From contig OX597827.1 in NCBI GenBank assembly GCA_951406725.2, positions 10,168,001 through 10,232,000 on the forward strand: DNA of 64,000 nucleotides, written 5' to 3'. Both the position numbers and the translations under genes were made by a program. The notes under the pieces were generated by a model. The model worked only from the letters and a program-made list of their open reading frames with translations, was not told the origin of the DNA and did not search any database. Below, piece after piece: positions 1-13,862 of the stretch (its first letter is position 1; each line of letters starts with the position of its first letter). This DNA comes from Octopus vulgaris (lineage: Eukaryota).

Positions 1-407
1 ATTGTGTATGTGTGTGTGTATGTTTATATAATAATGTCTTGAGGCCTGTTTCACAACTGTAGCACTTATACTGAAAAAAATAGATTTGTGAAAACCAGTT
101 ATATGATTTTTCATTTAAATATTATTATTTTTCCTATCTTGTAAACTACACAAGAAAATCGTATTGGCATTAATAAAAAATAAGTCAGAGAGGAGATATT
201 ATTTCCCCTTAGTTATAAAGTAAGAAAACTTATAATTTGAATCAAGAAGTTCCACACCAATTAGCCTCATCAATACTTGTTTGAAAGCATAAATGTATAT
301 TTTTAAATATATTCAGATTTTAAATGATATGAACAGGTACTCTATTATAGTTGGTTGGTAAATCTACTGGCTATAAATCCTATGCAATCATTCATTACCT
401 ACCATAT

Positions 408-829
408 ACTCTTTACTCTTTTACTCTTTTACTTGTTTTAGTTGTTTGACTGTGGCGATGCTGGAGCACCGCCTTTAATCGAGCTACTCGACCCCGGGAC
501 TTATTCTTTGTAAGCCCAGTACTTATTCTATCGGTCTCTTTTTGCCGAACCGCTAAGTGACCGGGACGTAAACACACCAGCATCGGTTGTCAAGCAATGC
601 TAGGGGGACAAATACAGATACAAAAACACACACACACACACATACATATATATATATACATATATACGACAGGCTTCTTTCAGTTTCCGTCTACCAAATC
701 CACTCACAAGGCATTGGTCGGCCCGGGGCTATAGCAGAAGACACTTGCCCAAGATGCCACGCAGTGGGACTGAACCCGGAACCATGTGGTTGGTTAGCAA
801 TCTACTTACCACACAGCCACTCCTGCACC
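408..829 (-). mobile_element. SINE family A (tRNA-like head, Meta-like central domain, internal TA/TG microsatellite, GAGTAAAA tail)
   Basis: Near-identical to at least eight other copies in the window; head GGCGCAGGAGTGGCTGTGTGG...GGTTCAGTCCC. Confidence 0.85.
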
Positions 830-1158
830 TAACATTGATAATGATATCAGCAAAGATTATTGGGGCTTGACTTGGAAGTTCTGCCACACCCTCAATATTT
901 GCTTGCCTTTAAATTTTCACTGGTTTCAGTCTCTTAAAACTGAAAATACAGACCTTCAACTCTTAAGAGGTTGTAAAAGTTCATCAGGAATTGTTTTTCA
1001 TTAGCAATGACAAGAATTTCTTTGAACAGGGAATACTTGAACTACCCAAAAGATGGCAGAAGATACTGTAATGAAACAGTAATTATCTCATTGATTATCA
1101 TTCAGTCTGCTGTGATGAATCTACAAACAAACCTACATAACATCTAAGAGTATATTTT

Positions 1159-1220
1159 ATTCCCTCTGAAGAGATTTTTAATTAATTTCACTGTGTATAA
1201 TTGAAACAACTGTAAGGAAT
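1159..1220 (+). ncRNA. Type I hammerhead-like motif in a Penelope-like repeat
   Basis: ATTCCCT-CTGAAGA-...-GAAAC AACT GTA-AGGAAT; stem II weak. Flanks 1103-1250 are similar to 61071-61248. Confidence 0.55.
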
Positions 1221-1260
1221 AATGATCAATTTGTTGCTGATAATAAACTTTTCCCTTTAT

Positions 1261-1887
1261 CATCATCATCATCATCATTTAGCGTCCGTTCTCCATGCTA
1301 GCATGGGTTGGACAGTTCAACTGGGGTCTGTGAAGCTGGAAGGCTTCATCAGGCCCAGTCAGATCTGGCAGTGTTTCTACGGCTGGATGCCCTTCCTAAC
1401 GCCAACCACTCCGTGTGTGTATTGGGTGCTTTTTACATGCCACCCGCACAGGTGCCAGACAGAGCTGGCAAACGGCCACGAACGGATGGTGCTTTTACGT
1501 GTCAATATGTATAACTATCTATTTATTATCTATCTATCTGTATGTGTGTATGTATGTATGTACGTATATATATATATGTGTGTGTGTGTATATATCTGTA
1601 TATATATGTGTGTGTGTGTGTATATCTGTATATATATATATGGCACGTAAAAAGCACCATCCGATCGTGGCCGTTTGCCAGTGCCGTCTGGTACCTGTGC
1701 CGGTGGCATGTAAAAAGCACCCACTACACTCATGGAGTGGTTGGCGTTAGGAAGGGCATCCAGCCGTAGAAACATTGCCAGATCAGACTGGCCCTGGTGC
1801 AGCCTTCTGGCTTCCCAGACCCCAGTTGAACCATCCAGCACATGCTAGCATGGAAAGCAGATGCTAAATGATGATGATGATGATGAT

Positions 1888-1889
<2 letters not shown>
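1261..1889. mobile_element. Inverted pair of family D elements (V-domain-like GGCGTTAGGAAGGGCATCC, (ATG)n tail): 1261-1502 (-) and 1641-1889 (+)
   Basis: Arms are reverse complements, separated by about 140 bp of microsatellite. Confidence 0.8.
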
Positions 1890-1943
<54 letters not shown>

Positions 1944-2021
1944 CATATATATACATATATATATATATATGATTGATTGATACTAGTTTCAGCTCATGAG
2001 CTGTGGCCATGCTGGGGCACC

Positions 2022-2055
<34 letters not shown>

Positions 2056-2062
2056 AATGAAG

Positions 2063-2410
2063 GTGGCTATATGCAATATAAAACCAAAAACATACATACA
2101 TAAAAGAAGAGAAAAGAAGATCTTTGAGAGGAAAAGGAAACATCCCAAAGTGACACATAAGCTAAATGGTATGATTTAAACATATTAAGCCTTTCCTTTT
2201 CCTCTCTTCTTTCCTTTTCATTTATGTATGTATTTTTCTTCACTCTGATGAAGCTCCATGTTCCAGCTTGGAATTAGTACCAAATATGATGAATATTATT
2301 TTTACAATATCAATGGCAATACCATATTACATTGGAGGCAGAAACAGCTGTTAGATGGGATACAGTCTATTTGTATTGAATTAATAAAAAACAATTGATC
2401 AATATTTCTC
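2063..2410 (+). mobile_element. Penelope-like terminal fragment with inverted repeat and hammerhead-like motif
   Basis: Imperfect inverted repeat about 2091-2140 vs 2192-2233, then CTGATGA(2245)-GCTCCA...TGGAGGC-A-GAAAC AGCT GTT(2341-2352). Lies between microsatellites. Confidence 0.5.
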
Positions 2411-2442
2411 CATTTTGGGTTTAATTTATATATCTACATATG

Positions 2443-2502
<60 letters not shown>

Positions 2503-2516
2503 CATCTATCTATCTT

Positions 2517-2583
<67 letters not shown>

Positions 2584-3084
2584 CTCTCTATACATATATA
2601 TATATATATATATATGAATGTACTGTTTCCTAGTTTTATTCACTGGATTCATACAGTCATACTGGTGTACTACTTTTAAGTTTTTGGCTTTTGACCATTT
2701 ATATTGTCTCCAATACTTATTTCAGTTTGGCATTTATTTTTATATATATACTGAACAGCAAATTTTTACCATTCAGGTATAAAGGAACGCAACTCAATTT
2801 ATACTGGAAAACACAAACACATATACACACTTACATGTATTGATACATACATACATACATACATACATACATACATACATACATACATACATACATACAT
2901 ACATACATACATGCATACATATGTACATACATACATACAGATTTTATCAAACAAATCTAATACGAATGTTTGACTCTTGGCTATGGTAGAAGATACTTTT
3001 CAAAGTGCTGCACAATATGACTGAACTCTGGATAATATGGTTGCTGACATGGTGAGTGCACATTACTCCATAAGGGGAATAGTG

Positions 3085-3290
3085 TCAGTTTCCTGGTTTC
3101 CCTGATGTATATATTCCTCCCAGGATAGGACGCTAGTCCATTGCAGGATTATTCATTTTTACCAGCTGAATGAACAATGTGAAATGCAGTGTTTTACTTG
3201 AGAACACAATGCATCATTCAATCCAGGAATCAAATCCACAAATGTGCACTCATGAGTCAAACACCCTAACCACTAAGCCATGCACCTCCA
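3085..3290 (-). mobile_element. SINE family F (older copy)
   Basis: Reverse-complement similarity to 31208-31460. Confidence 0.65.
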
Positions 3291-3295
3291 TTCTT

Positions 3296-3603
3296 TATTG
3301 CTGTTTGTTCCTTCTCAAGCCACGCTTGGCTCATAGGGCCAGTTTCCCGGTTTCCTTGGTGTATAGGTTCCCCACCTGGACAGGATGCCGGTCCATCGCA
3401 GGTGAGCTGCAAGATGCAGGAGGAAAGAGTGAGAGAAAGTTGTAGCAAAAGAGTCAGCAAAAGTTTGCCATTACCTTCTGCTAGAGCCATGTGGAGCTTA
3501 GGTGTTTCGCTCATAAACACACACATCGCCCGGTCTGAGATTCGAGCCCACGATCCCTCGACCATGAGTCTGCTGCTCTAACCACTAGGCCATGTACCTC
3601 CAC
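3296..3603 (-). mobile_element. SINE with B-like head and F-like tail
   Basis: TSD CCATTCTT (3288 and 3604). Head resembles family B; tail CTGCGATGGAC...GTCCAG...GAAACCGGGAAAC resembles 31359-31440. Confidence 0.7.
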
Positions 3604-3943
3604 CCATTCTTAATTACATGGCTAAATTTCAAAATGTAACCATGAAATTCATAAGTGTTAATTAGCTGCATTCCCCAGGCTTTACTCCTTGTCTGTCTAT
3701 CCTCTTAATTTTATTCCTCTTTTCCTTTCTTTTTTCTTTTTTTTTTTGTTTCTACATTTTCCATCTCACTCTTCTGTGTATGGGTTCTCATTGTCAGATG
3801 TATAACTTCATGATCTACAACACACTCAAAGGTAAATGGCTGTTTCCACCTCTGTTTTTTTAAATTTTTAAAAACATTTTTGAATAGATGTAACTCAAAA
3901 TTTCGTACCACCAATGGGCAGAAGGACAAAAATGTGACCCCCA

Positions 3944-3979
<36 letters not shown>

Positions 3980-3981
<2 letters not shown>

Positions 3982-4132
3982 GGAGTAAACACATAAATGT
4001 GAAACAAGGTGGAAAAAAGAGTACTCAAATACCAGTGGTAGAGTAATATGCTCTATTTAAAGCAGCAGAAAATTCAACAAAACCTGTTACTCTGAGTTTC
4101 CCGTTGCCGAATTTTCTGCTGCTTTAAATAAA

Positions 4133-4135
<3 letters not shown>
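3980..4135 (-). mobile_element. Penelope-like fold-back fragment with the 3' half of a hammerhead
   Basis: Hairpin TTTAAAGCAGCAGAAAATTC / GAATTTTCTGCTGCTTTAAA. Minus strand reads GAAAC TCAGA GTA ACAGG. Flanked by (TA)n. Confidence 0.5.
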
Positions 4136-4169
<34 letters not shown>

Positions 4170-4697
4170 CATACATACATACATACACACACATATATGA
4201 GTTTTTGTGGAAAAAATATTCCAGAATCATAAATTTATGTTTATGAAATATACACACACACACACACACAATAATAATAAATCAAGCAAAAATCTAAAGT
4301 TTTCCTTTCCCACAAAGTATGGGATTTCATGGAACCAAAACTGCCTGAACTCGGAATCAGAGTCTATCAGAGTCTATCAAAGAACAAAAGTCTATCTCAG
4401 TAAAGTTGTCATCTATTCCATCACATCAGTTAACCAAACTATAAATATGTAAAGTTCCTGCATACAAATACAAATATTACAGAGGATATTACTAATATGA
4501 TCTTGGGAAAATTTGATCTGGAATTGAACCCTTATAGCCATTCAGCTATTTCAGAATTTGGAATGTTTTCACCTGGTAAAAATTAATCAAGTTTTCCTTT
4601 TTCTTCTTTTTTTTTGTTTTGCTTTTGTCTGTGGGTGGGAGAGAGAATGTGTGGGTGTGTGAGAGAAAGTGGCAGAGAGAGCATGCATGTGTGAGAT

Positions 4698-4798
<101 letters not shown>

Positions 4799-5859
4799 TG
4801 TGTGTATGAGCAAAAAGGTCTGTACAACAGAAATTTCTTTACAAAATTGGAAACCTATCTTATAATTATCTGAAATTGAAGAGAGCAGAAACAACAGTTC
4901 ACCATAGCAACCTAAAAAAAAAATCACAAAATGTAATTTTAGTCTATGGGTTTTCCCCTTATCATGTAATTTTTGCATAAAGACTTTCAGAAGCAATGTG
5001 AACTTTAATAGTTATGGAGAACAAAAGTTTGGTAGAAAGAAGCAGGACAAATTAATTTAGTAAGATAGAATAGAGTGTTTGTTGCAAAAAATATTTGTCA
5101 TAAAAGAAGGAAAAATGTGACAAAAGAACTGGTATTTTTTTTTACGTAGAGATAAGACTAAAAATGGAGAAACAAACCTGTTGGGTGAAAATGGCTGAGT
5201 GAAGAATTAGGCAAGGAAGCAAACATAAAGATTGATACAAACAAATATTGTGAAAGATATTCAACTTAATAGAATATGATAGCACAAGAAAAGACAGAAG
5301 CCATGTCGGTAGATATTTGTTTCTAAAATTGAATGCAATAGTTAGGGAGGTATGTAGTGTAGGAAAAAAATAAAAAAGATAGGAAAAAGGGAAGCCATAT
5401 TTTGTGAGAAATCATTCTGTCGGAGATGAGATGGAAAATAGGAGTGATGTGGAGAGTACAGAAAAAAGGGGGAAAAAAAAAAAGGAAGAAATATTAAAGC
5501 AATATCGTCGGATTATTGGCTGGCAATGAAGAAACAGAGTTGGTAGATTGTTGGGCAAAATGTATATTGAGATATTGGTTTTGTCCTGTTCTGAGTTCAA
5601 ATGTCACAAAGTTTTGGGTTGACTTTTTTGCCTTTTATGCATCAAAGGTTGGAGGGATGAAAGTGCTACCTAAGCATAGCAGAAAAAAGGGGGGTGTGGG
5701 GGGAAAGGGGGGGTCATTAGCTCACTCAACAATCCCCTCCAATGCACCTGTTTATAAATTTCATGATTATTTACTAATGCCGATAACACAACAGCAAAAA
5801 CATACCGTCACAACTATTTCTTCGACTACAACAAGAATCACCACCACTTTCGCAGCCAT

Positions 5860-5996
5860 CACCACCACCACCACCACCACCACTACTATTATTATTGCTG
5901 TTGCTGCTGCTGCTGCTGCTGCTACTACTACTACTACTACTACTACTACCACTACTACTGCTGCTACTACTACTACTACCACCACCACCACCGCCG

Positions 5997-6039
<43 letters not shown>

Positions 6040-6067
6040 AACCACCACCACCACCACCACCACCACC

Positions 6068-6128
<61 letters not shown>

Positions 6129-6137
6129 ATCTACTAC
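5860..6137. repeat. Compound trinucleotide repeat (ACC/ACT/GCT)n
   Basis: Direct reading. Confidence 0.9.
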
Positions 6138-6554
6138 TTATCTATGATTTTTTTGCAACGGTCTCATTAAAGAAGACTAGACGAGGAAACGGAGAGAATT
6201 TGGGAAGAAAGACTGAGAAATTTTGTATTTTGTGGTTATTGTACGTTAAAATGAGAATGGAAAAAGAGAAAGGTATAACGTAGGGAGATGATGAAGACGA
6301 TACAGATGCAACAAATGAAGAAAAGAAAGTATGTAGGGGGGGAAGGAGAAGATAATCAGAGACAGAGAAGAAGGAGGAGGAGGAGGAGAATTGGCAGAAG
6401 AGGTGGAGGAGAGGAAAACTTTAGTCTTTTGGTACTGAACTACATTCCACCAATATTCTGTTAATATGTTATGAAAATATGAAAAAAATATCAAAATGGA
6501 ACAGAAATATGTGTGCATATGAAGATATGTATGGATGGATGTATATATATATAG

Positions 6555-6960
6555 GGCGCAGGAGTGGCTGTGTGGCAAGTAGCTTACTAACCAACCACAT
6601 GGTTCCGGGTTCAGTCCCACTGTGTGGCATCTTGGGCAAGTGTCTTCTGCTATAGTCCCGGGCCGACCAATGCCTTGTGAGTGGATTTGGTAGACGGAAA
6701 CTGAAAAGAAGCCTGTCGTATATATGTATATATATATATGTGTGTGTGTGTTTGTGTGTCTGTGGTTGTCCCCCTAGCATTGCTTGACAACCGATGCTGG
6801 TGTGTTTACGTCCCCGTCACTTAGCAGTTCGGCAAAAGAGACCGATAGAATAAATACTGGGCTTACAAAGAATAAGTCCCGGGGACGATTTGCTCGACTA
6901 ACGGTGGTGCTCCAGCATGGCCGCAGTCAAATGACTGAAACAAGTAAAAGAGTAAAGAGT
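6555..6960 (+). mobile_element. SINE family A
   Basis: Full-length match to other copies. Confidence 0.85.
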
Positions 6961-6980
6961 ATATATATATATATATATAC

Positions 6981-7281
6981 CCGTGCCGGTGGCACAAAAA
7001 AAGCACCATCCGAATGTGGCTGATGCCAGCACCGCCTGACTGGCGTCCATGTCGGTGACACGTAAAAAGCACCATGTGATCGTGCCCGTTTTCCAGCCTC
7101 CTCTGGCACCTGTGCTGGAGGCACATAAAAAGCACCCACGACACTTACGGAGTGGTTGACATTAGGAAGTCCAGCTGTAGAAACACTGCTAGATCAGACT
7201 GAAGCCTGGTGCAGCCTCCTGGCTTCCCAGAACCCGGTCGAACTGTCCAATCCATGCTAGCATGGAAAACAGAAATTAAAC

Positions 7282-7326
<45 letters not shown>
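6981..7326 (+). mobile_element. Family D element
   Basis: Three TGGCAC.TAAAAAGCACC-like units, body, (ATG)n tail. Confidence 0.8.
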
Positions 7327-7328
<2 letters not shown>

Positions 7329-7332
7329 GATA

Positions 7333-7366
<34 letters not shown>

Positions 7367-8094
7367 TATATATCTGTATATTTATGCATGCATGTATGTA
7401 TGTATATGTGTATGTGTATATATATATATATATGCTTAGATACATATATATGCGTGTGTTGGAGAGAGAGAGAGAGAGAAGGAGGAGGAGAAAAAGAAGA
7501 AGTGAGAGATAGAGAAAGGATGTGTACTCCACTCCCCCCCCCCACCAACCCCCCCCCCCAAAAAAAAAAAAAAAAAAAAGAAAGAAGATAAAGTACAATA
7601 ATACGATGCTTTTCCCTTGGAAAATAAACCAACTAAGAAAGCCATTTGAATTTCCGAATTATTTCTGGTGTTAAAGATCTATGTTGTGACAGTTTATAAT
7701 AAAAAAAACCTGAGGTGAAAGACAGATTAACTCTTCATTATTAAACTGGTTTTCTCAATTTCACAGCTATTTTCTTTAGTCAATAGAAGAGGAGGAGGAG
7801 GAGAGAAGTTTTTGCATGTTACTTGCTGATAAATGTTTCTGTGTTTTTTTTGTTTTGCCTTGTATTTTTTATTTTGGATTTTTTTGTTTCAGATGACTAA
7901 CAGAATTTATATATATATATATATATATACACAGACACACACACAAAGAGAGGGAGAGAGAGAGAGAGAGAGACATATACATACATACAAATATATACAT
8001 GTATGTATATATATATATGTATATATATATGAAAATATACATTGATATGTATGTGCATGCTTATACATATATACAAATACATTCATTTATACAT

Positions 8095-8138
<44 letters not shown>

Positions 8139-8208
8139 ATAAATACACACACACATGTACATATATATATGTGTGTGTGAGTGCTGTATACACACGCACA
8201 CACACACG

Positions 8209-8240
<32 letters not shown>

Positions 8241-8565
8241 CATACACACACACATACATGTATATATACACATACATATACAAAAGAAGAAAGAACGAAT
8301 TCATATGAAAAATTTACTGATATTTCTTCTTCTTTTTCTTTCTTCTTTTAATATACGTGTGCAATCAAAGAATTATCTTCTATCACAATAACTTTAATAG
8401 AGAGAACGTAATGTGTATCCGTAAGGAATGATAAAATGAAATGACTTTGGCTGAACAAAAATACATAGAAGCAGATTGATATATTAAATATAGTAATTTT
8501 TTTTTTCTCCATAAGTTACTTTGGGTTTTTTTTTGCTTTTTCTTTATCATATTTCTTTTATTTGC

Positions 8566-8616
<51 letters not shown>

Positions 8617-8981
8617 TATATATATTCATGTATTTATTTATCAATTTTTATTTTTATGTTGTGAAAATTCCTTATTATTTTTAGCTTATGACTAAATCAA
8701 GACTACGAAGAAAAATTATGTGCGATTCATTTATTACTAAATGTTGCAGAATTTCTTAAAGACATCGTTTTTGTATTCAACTAAATCAATGAAGCTGGAA
8801 TTCTGGGAGAGAATAGAAAGATGTATTTTAATTGTTTCATGTTTGGTCTAAGAGATATTTCTTCTGCCACATTACTGCTGTGTTAGTCTTCAATATTTTA
8901 AGCTTGCCTGGTTTTATTTGTATGTGACAAGAATTAATAAAAATCCATTTCCTTATATATCTCTAACACACAATGTCAATG

Positions 8982-9019
<38 letters not shown>

Positions 9020-11213
9020 ATGTATGTGAGTGTGTTTGCATATACAACTGTATATGTTTCTCCCTCTCTCGCTGTATGTATGCATGTATATATGTGTATG
9101 TATGCGTATATGTGTGTATATATATATATATGTATGTGTATATGCACACATACATATATGTATACCTATATCTGCATATATACATGTGTTTGTGTGTATA
9201 TGCATATCTATCTTTCTATGTACTTTCTATGTATGTATGTATGAATATATGTATGTATATATATACACACACATAAATATATGTACGTATGTAGATGTAT
9301 ATATATATATATGTGTAAATATATAGGTGTGGTGGTGTGTATATAAATATGTAATGTGTACATTCCTCACACACACATACATTCAGAATATTCGTGGGTT
9401 ATTATATTTATATTTATGCCTTTTTGACTGGTCAATTCTTAGGTTATTTGCTGCAATTTTCATTCAAACAATTAATTTTTATGTTATCTACAAATTAATG
9501 ATTCAAACATAACTACCTACAGTAACATTTTGTTAATATAGTCTTCTGCCCTAAACTATTGCAATACTGACTCTTGTGCTCTAAATTTATAAGGATTCAT
9601 AAAGCATTTTGATCTATCATGTGCTTAGGTTGCTACTTTCTGTTTCTTTCTTTTAAATTGACTCTCTGAATTGTCTGGCTAATTAACTGCATGAAATTAA
9701 TCAAATAGTCACACTACTCACTACCATGTCCATCCTACACACCACTGTATTAAGAAATGATTTATGCATTAGTTTTCAAAAGGAAATCTCCTAAACATAT
9801 CATTCCCAAATTATGAAATGAGCTTCTTAAATATTACCTTTTGAGTATCATATTATTCTTCTACTTATTTTCGTTATTAGACTGCAGCCATATTAGGGCA
9901 CTGCCTTGGACAGTTTAATTGGACAAACTGACATGAGTACTCCTTTTTTTTAGAATAAATCTGATACTTATTCTATTGGTCTCTGTTAGTGAACTGTTAA
10001 GTAATAGGGATGTAATCAAACCAACACCAATTGTAAAGTAGTGTTGGTGGGGCTAAACACGACAGAAAGACATCACACATGGGCTTCCACACAGTTTTTT
10101 GTCTTTCAAATTCACTCTGCTACAGTTATTCGATCTAGGCTGATCAAGCCCTAGGTCAGTGTCCACTGATCCTTTGGATCAGTCCTTTTCAGTAAGACCT
10201 ATTTAGATGGTTCCCCGGGGTTCCTCAGCAGCCTCTACATTATTTGTATGGCTCTTCTACTAACTCCTGTAATGCCCTAGGTTCCACAGGCCTTACTCAG
10301 AGAATGACCTGCAAATCCTCAGGTACTCACCTCCACTGGCAAACACCTGGGTTTTTCCACCCATTCTTGCAACAGTCTTCCACTAACTCCTAGTACTGAG
10401 CACCCTTCCCATCTTATGCTTCCTCCACCCTCTCCTCCCCAGGTAACGTTAAGTCCAATAGGATTTATATACACATAAAAGTAACTAACATATGGTTCAA
10501 CTCACGATATAAACTTTAAAACCAACATGGTTAATATGTTTCTCCTATTATTAGTTGTGCATTTTCCAGTAGGACATACAGTAACGTCCTTCTCAGCTGA
10601 AATGCTTTAAAAACCAACTAATAACACAACAAAAAAAATACACAAGTGATCAATCTTAGTTCTTGCAGTCCCAAACAATCATCTTGTAATTTCAGATGTG
10701 CCAAGAACTGCTTTTCTGATTGATCATTCTATCTTAAACAGTGATACACAGAGCTGTATAACAACAAATGAAAGTATCCTGGGGAACAACACTGGACTCA
10801 CAGTGAACAATTAAAGGCGTGTTCAAACAACACATATATGTTTTAAGATATTAAGAAATAGCACCACTTCTCCTTGCAGTGTGTTTGATGGACGGTTAAA
10901 TTGAAAATATCCTGAAGCCTAAAATATGCTAGAAACTGTAACCCATATGCCAGATGAAAGGTGTGGCTGGAAATAATTAGCGTTTTGTTTATTGATGGAT
11001 TTTATATCCTAACCTACAAATCAGCCATAGAACAGCAAGAGTAAAGTGCTTGTACCATTTCAAAGACAGGTCAACATTTCAAACAAAATGTGTTCAATTA
11101 CAAGGAGGTTAGTTGTCAATCTCTAAGTCTTACTTGTCTTTGACCATCAGAAAATTATACTAGACACAGTAATTATGAACCAGCTTCATTTGACGCTATA
11201 TACATTTCAAATA

Positions 11214-11607
11214 GTGGAGGCACAATGGCCCAGTGGTTAGGGCAGCGGACTCGCGGTCATAGGATCGCGGTTTCGATTCCCAGACTGGGCATTGTGAGTG
11301 TTTATTGTGCGAAAACACCTAAAGCTCCACGAAGGCTCCGGCAGGGATGGTGGTGATCCCTGCTGTACTCTTTCACCACAACTTTCTCTCACTCTTACTT
11401 CCTGTTTCTGTTGTACCTGTATTTCAAAAGGCCGGCCTTGTCACACTCTCTTGTGTCACGCTGAATATCCCTGAGAACTACGTTAAGGGTACACGTGTCT
11501 GTGGAGTGCTCAGCCACTTACACGTTAATTTCACGAGCAGGCTGTTCCGTTTATTTGGATCAACCGGAGCCCTTGTCGTCGTAACCGACGGAGTGCTTCC
11601 ATACATC
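11214..11607 (+). mobile_element. SINE family B (tRNA-derived head)
   Basis: A box TGGCCCAGTGG, B box GTTTCGATTCC; 13-bp TSD ATACATTTCAAAT (11200 and 11608). Confidence 0.85.
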
Positions 11608-12030
11608 ATACATTTCAAATGTATTCATGTTTTCACACGTAGTGTGTAGGTTTTTTGCTTTTCTTTTCTCTTTTTCACACTTTGGTGTTTATAAATGTGT
11701 AGTATTTACATTTATATTATTTTTAGGATGTAAACATGTAGAATTTAGATGTCCTTGTAGCAATGACCTAATCCAGCTTTCTCACATTGATGTTAATCCT
11801 ATTGTGATAGTATTTCTCATAGAATATGTTGCCCAGATGATTTAATTGATATCGAACATATAAAAAATATCAAAATTTTGGAGGGAATTTATTAAAATAA
11901 CTTTTTTTTGGAAAAGGATTTTAGAAACATAACTTAACAAAAGGTTCTTATGTAAAGTTATGCTGGACAGTTTTAATTTAAATACAAACACTTCAAAATT
12001 AAAGATTTTTAATTGTAAAGTCAAAGACAA

Positions 12031-12456
12031 CAGGAGTGGCTGTGTGGTAAGTAGCTTGCTTACCAACCACATGGTTCCGGGTTCAGTCCCATTGCGTGGC
12101 ATCTTGGGCAAGTGTCTTCTGCTATAGCCTCGGGCCGACCAAAGCCTTGTGAGTGGATTTGGTAGACGGAAACTGAAAGAAGCCCATCGTATATATGTAT
12201 ATATATATATATATATATGTGTGTGTGCATGTATGTTTGCATGTCTGTGCTTGTCCTAGCATTGTCCTAGCATTGCTTGACAACCGATGCTGGTGTGTTT
12301 AGGTCCCCGTCACTTAGCGGTTCGGCAAAAGAGAACCGATAGAATAAGTACTGGGCTTACAAAAGAATAAGTCCCGGGGTTGAGTTGCTTGACTAAAGGC
12401 GGTGCTCCAGCATGGCCGCAGTCAACTGACTGAAACAAGTAAAAGAGTAAAGAGTA
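12031..12456 (+). mobile_element. SINE family A
   Basis: Near full-length match. Confidence 0.85.
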
Positions 12457-12740
12457 ACTGTGTTAAGACAAATTGGTATCAACAGATTTAAAGTTTGTTT
12501 CTCTTTGTTTGTTCTTGGGACCACAAAGTATTCCCCTTCAAATACACAAAAAGTCATTACATTCCATACACTCTGTCAAATCCTAACTGGTGCTTTGCTG
12601 TCTCTTTTAGTTTCGCTACATCAATCATGACATCATGGAAACCAAAGCAGAAGAAGGGAAGAATGTAAAAAAAGAATGGCATTGAGTGTCTTTATTACTG
12701 TGATTGCCTTTTTCATGTCCCTCTGAATGGTCTATTGTAT

Positions 12741-12964
12741 ACTCTTTTACTCTTTTACTTGTTTCAGTCATTTTGACTGCGGCCATGCTGGAGCACCGCC
12801 TTTAATCGAGCAACTCGACCCCGGGACTTATTCTTTTGTAAGCCCAGTACTTATTTTATCGGTCTCTTTTGCCGAACTGCTAAGTAACGGGGACATAAAC
12901 ACACCATCATCGGTTGTCAAGCAATGCTAGGGGGACAAATACAGACACACAAACACACACACGC

Positions 12965-12997
<33 letters not shown>

Positions 12998-13163
12998 TAC
13001 GACAGGCTTCTTTCAGTTTCCGTCTACCAAATCCACTCACAAGGCTTTGGTCAGCCTGAGGCTATAGCAGAAGACACTTGCCAAAGGTGCCATGCAGTGG
13101 GACTGAATCCGGAACCATGTGGTTGGTAAACAAGCTACTTACCACACAGCCACTCCTGCGCCT
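12741..13163 (-). mobile_element. SINE family A
   Basis: Full-length match; inverted relative to 12031-12456. Confidence 0.85.
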
Positions 13164-13279
13164 ATGTATTTTTTATATTTCTGGTTTGGAAACTACACTA
13201 CCTATATAGTGATGATATATTTTCAGGATGGTATATCACTTGAATAATGAGGTATAAACATTTAAAATTAAATAAATAT

Positions 13280-13672
13280 TCAATTGATACTTTGGTATCA
13301 AAACCTGCGCCACGGAAGACGCTGCCAGCTATCACCAATCAACAAAAAGGCTGGCCAGGCAGCAAAAACCCTGCGAGAGTCAAGTCTGTTGGTTCGAGGA
13401 GCACAACTATTCAACTCCATTCCGGTACATGTCAGAAATCTATCAGGATGCAGTGTGGAATCATTCAAATTGCAGCTGGATAGATACTTAAGCACCATTA
13501 GAGATGAACCCCATCTCCCAGGATATACACAACGAGCACAAACTGACTCAAACTCGCTCCTACACATGTCAAAATTAAACAGAGAATACAACCTGGCAAC
13601 CACACCAGACTCTGAGGGTGGAGTCTTCGACTTGGCCTGAGCATGGACTCAAACTCAAATTAAATGAAATTA
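13280..13672 (+). mobile_element. 5'-truncated CR1-group LINE (ORF2 C-terminus plus short 3' end)
   Basis: ORF 13284-13640: RHGRRC...GAQLFNSIPVHVRNL...SFKLQLDRYLSTIRDEP...SNSL. Confidence 0.75.
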
Positions 13673-13862
13673 GAAAAAAACTAACTCAAGATTGGAGCTA
13701 TGCCCCATCAATTTCTGACAAAATTAAGCTCACAGGATAAAAAAACACTTGAGAGGATAATGTTTTCAAATCAAAAAATAGAATCAATTTGATCAGCATG
13801 ATGCTCTCTTAAAACATAATGGAGTACAAAAAAATTTAGATTGTATAAAACAAATGCCAATA

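Noticed and set aside
587-832. Recurrent ORFs MSSNARGTNTD..., MVVIPAVLFHHN..., [12 protein letters not shown]...
   Set aside because: Translations of SINE families A, B and D, not genes.
5516-6283. 255-aa poly-Thr/Ala ORF
   Set aside because: Open because of trinucleotide repeats; no domain or splice evidence.
11214-11290. SINE heads as tRNA genes
   Set aside because: A and B boxes are present, but there is no closed cloverleaf and each continues into a SINE body with a TSD.
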